NCBI GenBank assembly: GCA_010093995.1
Contig: ML992508.1
Span: 902,506-966,505, forward strand
Source: Elsinoe ampelina
Taxonomy: Eukaryota
DNA length: 64,000 bases
Direction: 5' to 3'
Shown: positions 12,576 to 25,681 of the stretch, piece by piece
Position numbering within the stretch: position 1 is the stretch's first letter
Layout of the letters: each line of letters opens with the position of its first letter
The notes under the pieces: model-generated
Told to the model about the DNA's origin: nothing
What the model saw: only the letters and a program-made list of their open reading frames with translations
Database searches by the model: none
Program-made: the position numbers and the translations under genes

Positions 12576-15500
12576 GGTTGAGAGCTTGAAGCGAATGGGA
12601 CTTGCGTGAGCGGGGGGTGTTGGGAGGGTAATGATGACGAAGGTTATTTGTGGATGAAAAATGTAATATAGCATCGAGAACGATGGAGATACTTTCCACG
12701 TGTTCCGGTTTCCAGTCGCTGTATAGGTCCCTGGATGCATGATACGATACTTTACTGTAGTCGCAGGTTCCCACTCGATTTGCATGCCGGAAATGACGTG
12801 GACCGGACCTTATGGAGGCCGTCGCTGTGACACGGTTCGTGGTAACGCAGGAGGACCGCGGCCAGGAATGTGAAAGCCGGTAGAAATGCGAGTGCCAGAA
12901 GAGGTCATCGCCTGTGGTGCGCGCCAGAGAGACGGAATGATTCCATGTCTTCACCCGTCTCTACTCACGCGTCTTTCGTCCAGGACCAGTCCCGGAGTTG
13001 GACGGGGCTTCGATGATTCCTGTCCCGGTGTATGTCTCACTAGCTTCTATCTCAGGTCACTCTCCAGGCAGCGTGATAATGACAGGGAGACATCGGACGA
13101 TGGCGGAATGACGACGCCTGCCTTCTGGAAGATCCAGGGTGTCAGCCAGGTGGTCCATGCTGCGTCTTGGATCCGAACAGCTATACGGGCTGTTTTCCAT
13201 CTCTTGTTGAGTGTTATCCACAGGGTGTCGTACCATGTGGACCAGTGGAGCTCATGCGTGCTGCGGGACAGGAATCGTCGCCGTGAGCTTAGTCAGGAGC
13301 GGTCTATGAGTCTCGATCTCTTTCGGCCAATATGACCGGGCGAGTGGGCCAGCAAGAGACTTCTTTGGCGAAGGCGCCGGCATGTCTGCGTCCTGGTGGG
13401 ATATGAGAGATCTCGCCGTCCCTTTAAGGTGGCTTGATGGCCTCGCTTATTGGACGTGTGACCAGAGCTGTGGAATGGGCTGGCACGGTGACGTCTACGG
13501 GAGCTAGTTCAGGGCGGTCGGGGGAGTCTTGTAGAGAAGGGTAAGGTCGCTCGGTTCCTTGACGGCTAAAAGTGGGACATCTTAACGTGGCGATGTGTTC
13601 GCTTCAGGAGGATGGAGAGTGCTTGGTCAGGCAAAGTGTCGTTCATGACACGGAGCTCCGGAGAAGTAGGAGACGTGTAGGATGAGCTCTCAAGTTGGCA
13701 AAGCGTAGTAGGAGGGAGTGAGAGTCCAGGCCAAAAGAGAGACAAGAAGCATAGCAATATGTAAAGTAAAGAACCACAACCTACAACGACTACGCAGACC
13801 GCCACTTCTCCAGGTCATGTGCACCCCTCCCGCCAGGGTCCGCCATCTCTCATTCGAGCCAACGGGGACTCAGCGCATCACCCACCGTCTTGTGCAACCC
13901 GAACGTCCGCTCACCGCCATGTGGCCTGGGCTGCTCCGGGAGAGCTGTGTAACGTCGGCATGGACCGAAGAACGCAGCAAGGGTCCCGGATGATGCACGA
14001 TGATCTGCAGTGCGTCTTGACGACATGTCTTGACCTTGCAGTCATGTGGTGGTGAGTGTTCATAAAGGCTGCACAGCGGTATGTTCTGGCATGCGTGCGA
14101 TTCTGCGAATTTTGCCATGGCGGGTTGCGCAGGATGCATGAACGCCTCACGGAAAGGCGAAGCGGCGCAGTCATGTACCGCGCCACTTTCGGCTGCGTGG
14201 TGAGTGGGTGTGAGCTCCGTGTTCCCGCTTTGCAGATTCAGGGCAGGTTGAGGTCGGTTGCGGGTCATGATTCGCGGGTTGGCGGCGCGGTGTTGGTCTG
14301 GCGGATCTGGCTCGAAGTTGTCGCCATCTTCGATTTCGCTTCGAGTGACGGAAGTCGTGGTTGTTTTTCTGACTTTGCGGTTCGATTGCTTACTGCAGAA
14401 TGCTTGAAGCAAGAGGGATACGAGATTGTTGAAGTGGTGGTCAGAAACCCTGGAACAACCACAGCTTGAGAGCTGGGTACAGAAATTCAGAACCTTGGTT
14501 CGGCAGGATTGCAAGCACATTGCGGCGTCGTGGTGGCGTTCACCACGTCAATCGCAGGTGTGTACATGCGAGGTACATTGCTCCGGTGAAGTCGCCGTGG
14601 CCGTGGCCGTTGCCTCGTGTCGTGGTAGTCGCGCTACTTGCGGCTCGGTGCGTTATGTATGGCGGCCTTGCCATCCTGACAGCGTCGAGGTAGGCGGAAA
14701 AATTCTGATCAAAACGACAGTGATAGCTGCTGTGTCTCCATAAGTAGATTAGAAAGTTGTAGGGGGTGTTGTGATATGGGTTGCTCCGTGACAACCTAGC
14801 AGGGATTTACAAGTAGTCGTCACTTGGTCTCCAAACTTTCGTGATTTTCCGGCAAACTTAGCATGGTGGGACAACTTCCAACATTCTATATCCTCAGAGC
14901 TGCGAAGCGTGTCTACTCTGCTATTCTCGCGTCAATCGCGGATCCTGGTCCGACCAATTTAAGGCCTGGTATGGTATAATCCTTGTGCTGATCCTGGAGT
15001 GGGCCGTCAAGAGGGACTCTCAGCAGTCCGCCAATGAGGCCGTATCACATGCGAGATCAGAGATGGTCTCAGGATTGGAAGACTGCAGGTGGAGATGGAC
15101 ACTTGGAGTGGTATCGCGTGTGGAGAAGGTGCTGATTCGTGCACACCACCCTCGACGGAAGACCGACATGTAGCGCTAAATTAGTGTGTTGCCCCAAAAC
15201 GTGCCTGTTGAAGCGGGCAATAAAAATGAGCTCCGTATAGAACGAGGCGATACGTATCAGAGACCAGTGGTAGCTTCGACTTTTGTGATCGATGCAAGGC
15301 AATGGACGACATGCGTGTTTCAACGGGGATGCTTGCTTTCACGCCAGCAGTTACAGGAACGAAGCATGAATTGACTTTGGAGGTCGGAGCAAGACAAGAA
15401 GCTGTAATAGAGCGAGATCGGCCGAGGCCATCGTAAGCCAAGTGCTGCATCTGGTGTGGTTGTCGATGTCAAGGTGAACCTGTCTGGCCAGACTTTCTGG

Positions 15501-16501
15501 AGATCTTCCACCTGAGCAATATCGAGGATGCCCCCATGGCATTTGCCTATGCATCGTCAGTGATGTCCGCACCAATGTCCGCACCAATGTCAAGGTAATG
15601 CAGCAGAATCCTTGTCGCCACGTTCAAGACATCGTGGCAATGTCGCTCCATTCGCCATTGAGTGGAATTTCCGTTGAGAATGCACAGCATTCCCGGAGTG
15701 ATTGACCCCTCACTTGGAGCTCCGGAGTGCTGCCATGGCCCATCATCTATTGAGAGACCGTGTGTGTAGGGTTCGACTTAGCCGTGGCGCCCGCTCTTTA
15801 GTGGACCACGCCTTGACTGTGATAAACCAACAGGGATCCGCTGCTTTTGTACAGATCACGCAACCCGCTCTCCCGCTCGCTCGTCCGCGAGTCAGCACGA
15901 CCGACCTCACCACTGTGGACACTTTCGCCGTCAATGCCCCTCTCTGGGCCAGAGGGATGTGAGGAGGCCTCGAAACGCTTGACTCAGAAGTGTTCAAATT
16001 TTGAGAGAAGATCTGGTAAGCTAATATGACGACGCACCCATTGAGGCCATCTCGCCATATATCGGGCCTTGTCGAGTAATGGATCCGCAGAGCTCGACGC
16101 CATCTCTTGCCGGATTGAGCCTTGTTCAACGCAGGTACGCGCCGCACGTATGCGCAGAAATGAGGCCCGCCGCATATGCGCTCACATCTCGCCGTGAAGC
16201 GATGGAAAGAGTCAGGATACACAAGCGAGGCCAAAGATGGACGGAAGCGCGCTGGCACGGTACGCCTCGGAGCGGATGTGTTGTATTGTTCAATGAGCAA
16301 GACCAAGCCGAGAGGATATCCGCTCTCTGGCGATAGCTGCTGGAGAAAAATATGCTACGAACGAATGAGTATGTACAAGTCACACATGCTTTTTGGCATT
16401 GCTGCTTGCCCGGACGATAAATGGGTCCGAGAACCCCGTCAGCCTTCTACGCCGCCCAGTGCTGGAAACGAGAACTGTTCCTCCGGGTATCTATGCGGTC
16501 G

Positions 16502-18030
16502 TCAATCGTGATATCGATTCGACCCTCTTTGCGGGTCGTAAGAATAATATTGTGGTAGTTTGAGTGTGTCGTAGTCGGTGCCTTGTTGCACTTGGACTGG
16601 TTCGTAGGTAATCTCGCCGAATGAGTTGTACGAAGGCAAGCGAATCATTCGGAACTTGTTGTCAGTATCTGCTCCTTCTCTGCTACCCCAGGCGGTCTGA
16701 GTGAGACGTCAGTAACCTGAAATGCGCTTGGTGGAAGAGACTGACCTCGGAGAGAGTGCAAAGCCCTATGAGCTTGATGATGCCATGGAGGTAGCCGAAC
16801 AGGATAGAAACGGGTAGAAACACAAAATCTGCAGGATAGCGAATAAAGTGGCCCATGAGCTTGACAGTCTTGGCAAAAAAGAAGATCCAAATGCCGGCAA
16901 TGACGAGAACAGCTTTTTGATAGTCTGGGTTCCATGTGGCGGTCGCTCTGTAAATCAGGTAATAAAGCAGGGGATCCACAAAGGCCCAGGCTGTCAAAGT
17001 CGTCTGAAACACTGCATACGTTGTCCACGGGTGAGTCCTGAGAGTGTTAGTGGCTGGCTTGTGCTTGCGAAGTCGCCTGTCTTACCACCAGTATTGTCGC
17101 TCGACAAACATGCTGGTCAAGTTGCTCCTCCAATTGCTCCTGACCCATCGGAGACACTGCTTGAGGTACGTTGGTCCATCCTCTAGCGTTGTCTGCACCT
17201 CACATGCCTTGTCGTATTGCATCTTGATCTCCCAACCATGATTGAACATCCATCGGGTCATGAAATTGTCATCATCGGCATTTAGCTGGAATGTCCGCCA
17301 CGTCTCATTGGTAAAGTCAAAGGTGAATTGCTCCTCCTGTAATATGCTCGTTCGGTAAGCGACAGTCCTGCCTGACAAACATGGAAGACCACCATCAATG
17401 TTGAGGCACGCAGAGCAGTCAAAGTTGCGTCTCTCCAAGTACAGCGAGCCCAGGAAGGTCCACAAGGTCGGCTGCTTTGGTCTGACAAGACGTTGGCATG
17501 TGCCCACAGCTCCGACCTTTTCGTTCTCAAAGGGCGCCAGCATCCACGGCACTACCGTCGTCGGCCAGATGACATCGTCGTCGGCGAAGATGGTGATCCT
17601 GGTCATAACCTCAGGGATAGCCCTACACATCTGACGACGCTTGTTGGCTTTGGCCACATCCAGTACTCGAACTTTTTTCGAGTTGATCTCGGCCGCCAGC
17701 TTGAGAGCCTTTTTGATATTGGCCTCGACCGTTACAATCATGACCTCGGCCGGCTGGGTGATCAGACATGTCTGAATGGTCCTCCGAAGTTCTTCCCCTT
17801 CTCCATCAATGGTAGGGATGATGACTGTAACATCTTCGGATGTATACGTTGGGTTCTCGGGGATAGGAACAGATTTATATGTCCAGTGAGAGATCAGATT
17901 GACGACCAGACGGAAATAGCGAAAGACACTGGGTACCTGGTCAGCATATCCAGTCCAATGGGTGGTAGGCATGTAGACTAAATACTCACAAAAGCAAGAC
18001 AGCGCTCAATTCATATTGCGACAATGCCAT
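16502..18030 (-). CDS. Family 2 glycosyltransferase, Cps1/hyaluronan-synthase-like membrane polysaccharide synthase (4 exons)
   Basis: FRYFRLVVNL, VTVIIPTID, KANKRRQM, FADDDV (DxD), CLSGRT, ADDDNFMTRW, QCLRWVRSNWRS (QxxRW) and C-terminal TAWGSREGAD. Introns near 17931-17989, 17035-17086 and 16701-16745 (approximate). Confidence 0.88.
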
Positions 18031-21000
18031 GGCGCACCAAAGAGAAAAGAGCGACAGTCAGAGCAGTGACGAGCACTGTCTAACATTCGCAGAACTGTAA
18101 GAGACATGTCGTGGGAGGCGCGGATGAGGTCGAATATAAAGGAAGAAACAAAGCCGGGATCATAGCAGCCGAGGAGGGCAAACTAGCAACGGAATTTTCT
18201 GGCTGGGAATGCTTTACTTCATGCAGGTGTATCGCCAGCAACGAACTCTAGTGCGAGCAGATCAGAGACCAAGGCCGTGAAGGGAAAGCGCCATGAGAGC
18301 AAGCTTTTGCCGCCTGGCTCGCTCAACTACACCACCAACGAGCTCCTCCAAGGATCCATCTCCGGGTCTATCCACGGCTACCAGCCACGGGTCTGATGTG
18401 CGTCAACTGGTCAGGCCGAAAGAGACGACATGGCTCCTCCACCAGGATCCCCCCAACTGCGAGGGCGCGCTCGGAGAGACAGAAATTCATCCACCGGCCA
18501 AGGCCGTAGAAATCGTGGGGAAGGTCAAAACTCTCCCAGCCTAGGCCCGCACGAGCAGACGATTGTGGCATTGTCCCCACGGAAAATAGCGAGAGCGAGT
18601 CGTGGACGGCATGAGGGTCAGAGTGCGCTCGAGCTGCAAGACGGCCATCGCCATGGTGCCGCAGGCGTACGGGCCCTGCGCCGTGCACCCCAAGGCACTC
18701 GAGCGACTGTCCAGTGCTCGCACTCGGCCATACGTCCGTCCATGTCTTCCCGTAACGGCTGTATAATCATCCAGAGGCTCCTTCCTCTGACGGGACCGTG
18801 CTGCATGCACATCACAAGCATAGACCGTTGATCTGCCGGGAAGGAAGTTGAGGAAGGTCGAGCAGAGGTCAGAGCTTCAGCCCGGCCGACTTCCGCCTGT
18901 CTTGCTATCTTTTCCCTCATCTTCAACCATTTTGAAAGTCTGTCTCTCGCTCGCTAAAAAATCCTCTCTTCCTGCCACACCTTCACGAACCCCTCATTGA
19001 GGGCTGAGAGATTGGAGACAAATTGTGGATCGAAGCCGCATCATCATTATCGGCGCACTCTTGGATCAACCAAAGACTTCAATTGTGGTCGAGGCATCGG
19101 CGATAGCTCGTCAAAGGGCCAAAAGGGCACAGATCCAACTAGAGGTTGGCTCCGCATAGTCGCAATCGACTAGGGTCGAATCGCCCTAGCGCCTCCCACT
19201 CCTCCCATTCCATCACTGTTCCTTCCTAGCTCTATCAGTGACCTCCTCCTCCGGAGCGTTTCGCGTAGAGCTCCAAAATTCTTCGCCCATCCCACCTCCA
19301 TCTTCCGTCATGCTTACGAGCTTCGCCATCTATCATTTGAATTCTCACACCATCAGACCCCGCAGGATGCAGAAACATTACCTTTCGGCCGGAGCGTTTC
19401 CCAAACAAAGGGCACCACGTCGGCATGTTAAGCAATGCACAGACAGCACTGGCTTGTGTGGCTGCAGCTCGCACTGACTCTCTCTCGCGATCCCTAGTTC
19501 GGACCTCTGGCCGATCAAGGTAGGTGTCAAACTTGGCCATGTTGCGCGTTTCAAGTCATTCACATGCACAAAGCTGCTTCAACGGTTGCTCGCATGACAC
19601 GGTTCACTCAACGGTTTCGAGTCTTCTGACAATGCTATGATGACCACAAGTCCAGGTGTGTCAGTTTACGGTCAATGGTGCTGGGCTTTCCAAACTAGAG
19701 GCGTGTGTTGCATGTGCAATGCCTCGTCTATCCATCTTGCAGATTCTATATCAAGATTAAACCACGACTTGCTAGTCTCAGTGATCGCCTTCGGGGAGCA
19801 AGTTCCCCGTCCCGCTGTATGGCGGCCTTGTCATGCCAGACTTGCATGATGAGGGGCTTGCTTATATAGACAGTCATGCACCTTGACGACACTGAGGCTC
19901 CGCGAGACTCCAAGGCCAGAAGCACGCCGGAAATCAAACGTGTTCACAGACTTGACAGCATGCACATGCAGAAGCGGTCCGCACGGGGCAATCTCTGATG
20001 CCCATCCTTGTCGACGATCTCGTCCCTTGAGTACCACGCCACGATCATTGCGTTTAGACAGGTATTTCGGCCGCATCTATTGGTGCGCCGACGATCGCTT
20101 GTCGACAACACGCGACCGGAAATGAAGCTGTAAAGACCAACCACTTGACCTCATGGATTGATGAGTGACCACGCCATCGTGAAAATTTTCAGCAGACCAT
20201 ATTTCCGAGCTTGCTGCGGAATTGTCTTGATTTCAGAAAGAGATGGACGCTTCGCTTGCAGTTGGAGTCGCGCCGCACGTAAGGCATAGTTTCTAGGTTA
20301 ATGACAGAGACTTTGCGTCAAAACTCGAAAGTTGCCATCGTCGTGGCAGGAGAGCGGGGGGGACCGAACATGCAAAGAATCCCGCCGGAGACGACCACCA
20401 GCGTGCCCTCCTCAAACAGTGACACCACTAGCCAAGCGTTTGAAACATACACGAGGTACCTCACCAAACTCTACGCCTTGATGGCAGAGTACCATATGCC
20501 TTGGAAGCACAGACGAGGTGTTTGGCTTGGCTACATAGACGTACATATACATGGATGTCACCCCAAGCGGACACTCCGCCGTTTCCTTGTTACCACGATT
20601 GTGTATACCTGTATAAAGCTGGCCAGATGGAGCTTCGAAGCAGTGGACCCTCGAGGCGATGTCGGCCACCGAGTGCCTCTGTATCCACCCCATTCGCACC
20701 AGGTTTGGCATCCGCTCTCGGCCGCATGCTTCGCAACATGACTGATTGGCTCCATGGAGTCCGCAGCTTCAGACTGTACGCAAAACTAAACTTTCGGCGC
20801 GGGATGAAGGCTGCTCGAGAGCCTCCGGTACCCACAGCATGTGAGTACAACGAAGCGGAAACTGCGGCTCTGCCCTAGATTGGACCACCTACAAGACCAG
20901 ACGACACTACTTCATCTGGCTATGTTCAAGCATGCCAGACTCCGCTGCTTACCGAGAGGCATTTAGGCTGTGCTGCCTGCTTGCGCAATCTTAGAGGCAG

Positions 21001-21865
21001 GGCCGCTATCGAACACCTGTAGAGCTTGTCTTTTTTTTTCGGTCTTCGGAATCAGCCTCAAGCCGCTCAAGGAGAATCCATCGCCCTGGAAGTACCGCCT
21101 TGTTCGCTTCGCATATTGTCTTGGTATTCCCAAGATCTACATTGATCGTCTAAGCTAACTAATTTGCTGACAACGAGTTTGTGATTATTCTGTTTTTCGA
21201 CCTTTACGACCTCTCCTTCACATCCTCACCGCTCCAATACAAGAACCCTCGACTCATTCCAACAATGATCACAAAACAATCCATCGCATCCTCCCGATGC
21301 CTTACATATGACAGCTCGCTTCGAACATCGCTACCACAAGGCCAACGCCCCCAGACCAAATGATTGGCTTGGGACCCTCTTGGAATTCCCAGATCGGGAC
21401 ATGACCTCAGATCTGCCATGCGGCCCGAAGCCACTTTCGGTTCGCGGTACTGGTAGTACTCGTACTGGTCCCAGAAGACCCAAGATAGCGAGTGCAGCAT
21501 ACCGATAACCTGCTGTCGTTTCCGGGCTGACTGCCCTTCGACCGCACCTTTCCACGAATCCCCACGACGGGAATCCGCCGTGGCTGAGCAGGCCGAGCAT
21601 CACTCGCTCCACCTGTGCCTGGACGTGAACGACTATTGAATGCAGATCGATATTTTGGCTCACGAGGTCAAAAAGTCTTTACCGCTGCTTCTGCTTCTGC
21701 GCGTGAAGAGTGAACATGTGCGCTGGCGAGCGTGGTACCAACACGCGAGACGAGACGCTATGGTCTGCATTGATGAACTTAGGTTATAGTCCATTTCCTT
21801 GCGAAACTATATGAGCTCTGCATTCGCACCTCGACAAGACTGAAAAGCCAGCAAGCGCATTCATC

Positions 21866-23362
21866 ATGTTGTCGCTAGTCATCACTTCTGCCCTCGCGGC
21901 GCTCGTCGGAGAAGCCTCCGCTGCAGGTCCCGGCGTCTGGGGTGAGACAATTACCTTCCCCATGGTACCGGCAGCTGCAGCCATCGTCCCACAGACCGGC
22001 AAGCTCCTCGTCTACTCCGCTTATCTCCTCAATGCCTTCTCCCCAGCCGGACCAGGCAAGACTGAGACCGCCGAGTATGACCCTGTCACCAAGCAAGTCA
22101 CCCGCTACACCATCACCAACACCAACCATGACATGTTCTGCCCGGGCATGTCCTTCGACTTCACCGGGGACCTGGTCGTGACAGGCGGGAACTCGGCCAA
22201 GAAGACGAGCATATACACTGGCGGCGTGTGGCAACCGGCACCAGACATGGCCATCGCGCGTGGCTACCAGTCCACTGCTACCACTAGCGAGGGAAACATC
22301 TTCAATATCGGCGGCTCCTGGAGTGGTGGCCGAGGCGGCAACAACGGTGAGCTCTGGAATGGCACCGCGTGGCGTCTTCTGTCAGGCGCCCCTGTCGCGC
22401 CCCTCCTGACCAAAGACCCCGGCGGAATCTTTCGCCAGGACAACCATGCCATGCTCTTCGGATGGAAGAGGGGCAGCGTATTCCATGCTGGACCTTCGGT
22501 CGCTATGCTTTGGTACGGCACCACGGGTAATGGCAACTACTCTGCCGCTGGTAACCGCGGCACCGACACGGACGCCATGTGCGGCATCGCAGCCATGTAC
22601 GATGCGGTAGCAGGCAAGATCCTCGTCGTTGGCGGCTCAGCGGCGTATGAAGCCCAAAACGCCACATCCAACGCCAACATCATCACAATCGGCAACCCAT
22701 ACACCACTGCCTCTGTCACTAAGATTGGCAACATGGCCTACCGCCGCATCTTCGGCAATGGCGTCGTGCTGCCAGACGGCAAGGTTCTCATCCTCGGCGG
22801 CCAGGTGTTCGGCAAGCCTTTCTCCGACGACACATCAACTCAAGTCCCCGAGCTATTCGACCCCTCTACCCGCGCCTTCACCCAGCTCGCGAAAGAGGGC
22901 ACCCCGCGCACATACCACTCCGTTGGCTTGCTGATGCCAGACGGCACTGTGTTCTCCGGGGGCGGAGGCTTATGTGGGAGCTGCAAGACGAACCATTTTG
23001 ACGGACAGATCTTCTCGCCCCCGTGCCTGTTCGGCGCAGACGGTGTGACACCCGCCGTCCGACCTGTGATCGCTAGTACATCGGCGACAACATTCAAGGT
23101 CGGAGCGACTATCAGCGTGACGCTGGCTGGAGACAGTCCGAATGCCAATGCTGTCTTCTCCTTGGTGAGGGTAGGGAGCTCGACGCATACGGTGAATACC
23201 GATCAGAGGAGAGTGCCGTTGACTGCCACTGGGACGAGTGGGACGTACACCATGCGCTTGCCGACGGATCCGGGTGTGTTGCTGCCTGGGTATTGGTTCC
23301 TGTTTGCATTGGTCGGTGGAGTGCCGAGTGTGTCCAAGACGGTGCTCATTACTCCTGTGTAG
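21866..23362 (+). CDS. Secreted copper radical oxidase, AA5_2 (galactose/alcohol oxidase type), without N-terminal CBM32
   Basis: Signal peptide, HDMFCPG, RGYQS, GGSWSG, AMCG (Cys of the Tyr-Cys cofactor), RTYHSVGLLMPDG, GGGGLCG, STHTVNTDQRR and LPGYWFLF. Confidence 0.93.
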   Translation: MLSLVITSALAALVGEASAAGPGVWGETITFPMVPAAAAIVPQTGKLLVYSAYLLNAFSPAGPGKTETAEYDPVTKQVTRYTITNTNHDMFCPGMSFDFTGDLVVTGGNSAKKTSIYTGGVWQPAPDMAIARGYQSTATTSEGNIFNIGGSWSGGRGGNNGELWNGTAWRLLSGAPVAPLLTKDPGGIFRQDNHAMLFGWKRGSVFHAGPSVAMLWYGTTGNGNYSAAGNRGTDTDAMCGIAAMYDAVAGKILVVGGSAAYEAQNATSNANIITIGNPYTTASVTKIGNMAYRRIFGNGVVLPDGKVLILGGQVFGKPFSDDTSTQVPELFDPSTRAFTQLAKEGTPRTYHSVGLLMPDGTVFSGGGGLCGSCKTNHFDGQIFSPPCLFGADGVTPAVRPVIASTSATTFKVGATISVTLAGDSPNANAVFSLVRVGSSTHTVNTDQRRVPLTATGTSGTYTMRLPTDPGVLLPGYWFLFALVGGVPSVSKTVLITPV

Positions 23363-23702
23363 ATTGGGAAGGAGAAGGGCTTTGACGGGACTGATCAGGA
23401 GAGAGTAGCCAGCGTCGTGACATCTTACCTTGAGCGCACTTTACATCGCAGACAGACACAGCCTCGAATCACAATTGGATAGTCTACCTTCAGAAAGCGA
23501 TCATTATCGATGTCGTGAAGAAAAGAACCAAAGTGCACCTCTCAAGTGAAGCCATCCCCAACCTCCGACCCATTTTCGCCCGTTCTGGCCCGTGCACCTC
23601 CATCAACTTTTTCCCAATCCGCACCCCTACCACATCCGACCCAACACCACCCTGAGTACTCATCCAACCCACTCTCCACCGCCATCGACGTCTCAATCCA
23701 CC

Positions 23703-24557
23703 ATGTCACTCCCTTTCACCCGCGCATTGACGCGCCAACCCGCCTCCCTCCGCCTCATCACCCGCCGCGCAGCCTCTACCACCTCGGAAGCCAGCAATGC
23801 GGCCGCACAGGGAGCTTCGAAAGCGAAGGAAGCTGCCGGTGGAGCGGCCAGCAAAGCATCGGAGGGTCTGAGTCGGGTGACCAGCTCGGCGGGACCGGCA
23901 CTGAACAAAGCTGGAGCTGCGTTGGGGAATGCGGCGAATGCGCTTGGAAAGGTCGGCGGGAGGACAGGGAAGTTGATCGGATTTGTGCAATGTAGGTCGC
24001 TTTCTCAATTCGAAGCTGTCACAGACTCTGGGGATCAGAGAATGGATGAGAGGAAGAGATGGGAAGAGCATTAGAGCTCCCGGGCAGCCGGAAATAGCTA
24101 TCCTCGAGCTTGAAGCCACGAATTGCCGGCACAGATTTAAAGTATACCTGAAGCTAACACATCCAGCACTCGTCCCCCCAACCATCTACTACTCCAAAGT
24201 CGGCCTCGAACTCGGCAAACTCATTGTCCAAGGCCGAAAGATGTCACCACCGTAAGCCTGCCCATCCCCACCTCCCCACTTCGCCATCTAACATCTCCCA
24301 GCGACGTAGCCACCTTCCAGACCTACTTCCAACCATTGCTCAACGCCGCCAAGAACCCCGGTGCTCTCCTCAACGCGACTCCCTCTGCCAACCCCAACTC
24401 TATCCTCTCGAGGATAAGGAACATGGATAACCAGCAGCTCGTGCAAGCGGGTATTGTCGGTGCCGAGGTTATTGGTTTCTTCACGATCGGAGAGATGATT
24501 GGACGGCTGAAGATTGTGGGGTATAGGACGAGTGGGCATGCGCATGGTGAGCACTAA
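23703..24557 (+). CDS. ATP20: Mitochondrial ATP synthase subunit g (introns 23992-24166, 24252-24301)
   Basis: Mitochondrial presequence-like N-terminus, LVPPTIYYSKVGLELGKLI and AEVIGFFTIGEMIGRLKIVGY. Confidence 0.92.
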
Positions 24558-25072
24558 GGGGGAGATTTAGGACGAGACACGGAAGGGATGGACAAGGAGA
24601 AGGTGCGAGGAAAAGAAGAATCTGGAGGCAGGACCTGGGAGATGGCGGAGACGGGATCAGACAACGAGAGACAGTGGTCAGGACGGAAGAGCGAGGGATC
24701 AAAAGCCGGCATAGACTCTTCCTGCGTCGCCTGTACAGTACAGCAAACAGAAGCGTGGTGGTCGGAATACATTTTCTTTGTACAACCAACCCATGGGACC
24801 ATGCAAGTCCGCCGTGGCCACTGCTCTGCGATGCACATATGGGCGAGATGACCAGGAATGATCAGCCCTACCACTGCTCCAACACGCGCCCTTCCTCAGC
24901 TGTTTGCCTAATGTCTCATGCAGGTATACGGCGCGGCAAGCTGTACGCGCCTGGCGCAGCTGGAACAATCACAATCCCTCTGAGAAAAGCAGCAACCGTT
25001 TCAGAACAGACCGGACTTGTCACCCTCACAGCTTTTTTTCCATTTCAGTGTTCTGCAAATTGCTAATGCAAG

Positions 25073-25654
25073 ATGGTCTCCAACAAAAAGCGACTGTACG
25101 TCGCCCTGTACCCGACTGGCGCGGCACAAACGACGAACGAACGCATGTGAATCCTACCAGAAACATGAGCTCATGCCAGCCGATTGACAAATGTATAGAT
25201 ACCACTGGGCCCTGCTGGTAGGACCCAAGCGTGAAGGCGACAAGCCGGTCGCCGGGATCCGCTACCACGTCAAGAACACCCCGGGCACGAATATCTGGGT
25301 GTTTGAGAGAGTGATGCTCAAGGATGTCCGGACCACGGTCAACTTGCTTGGTCGCCGTCCTGGTCGCCAAGATCGAGGATGAGGCGCGCCTGGACGCCAT
25401 TCTGTGTGGTGTGCCTGTGGTGCAGAACGATCCGAACTGGCGCTGTCGTGCATGGGTCCGTGATGCTGTGAATGCGATAGCTGCGGATGGGAGGGCGGTT
25501 GGCACGTCGGAGTTGGTCTGGGCTGAGGTTGAGGATACGGCGAAGGCGTTTGTCGGAAGGAAAGATTGACGAGGGCCGCTTTGGTGCTGGCACGGATGCG
25601 CTGGCTGTGAAGCCTACTTGGGATATGCTGGACGGGAAGGAGGTTGTGCCTTGA
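25073..25654 (+). pseudogene. Frameshifted small fungal hypothetical protein gene (RLYVALY...YHWALLVGPK...RYHVKN...W-C-xW type)
   Basis: Coherent fragments lie in different frames: MVSNKKRLYVALYP / YHWALLVGPK...RYHVKN...TVNLL / VLVAKIED...DPNWRCRAWV / IDEGRF...PTWDMLDGKEVVP*. Shifts are near 25350 and 25560. Confidence 0.7.
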
Positions 25655-25681
25655 GCTCTATCCGTTCGTTCGTACACGGTG

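Noticed and set aside
12600..16450. Many 60-216 aa ORFs in a long intergenic region (likewise 5100-6400 and 18100-21200)
   Set aside because: No recognisable motifs or consistent splice structure, so they were treated as non-coding or unresolved.
21260..21520. HRY...LLEFP...R...HT fragments reminiscent of a T1-type ribonuclease relic
   Set aside because: The fragments are in different frames with no signal peptide or clear start. This needs an HMM search and is too weak to call.
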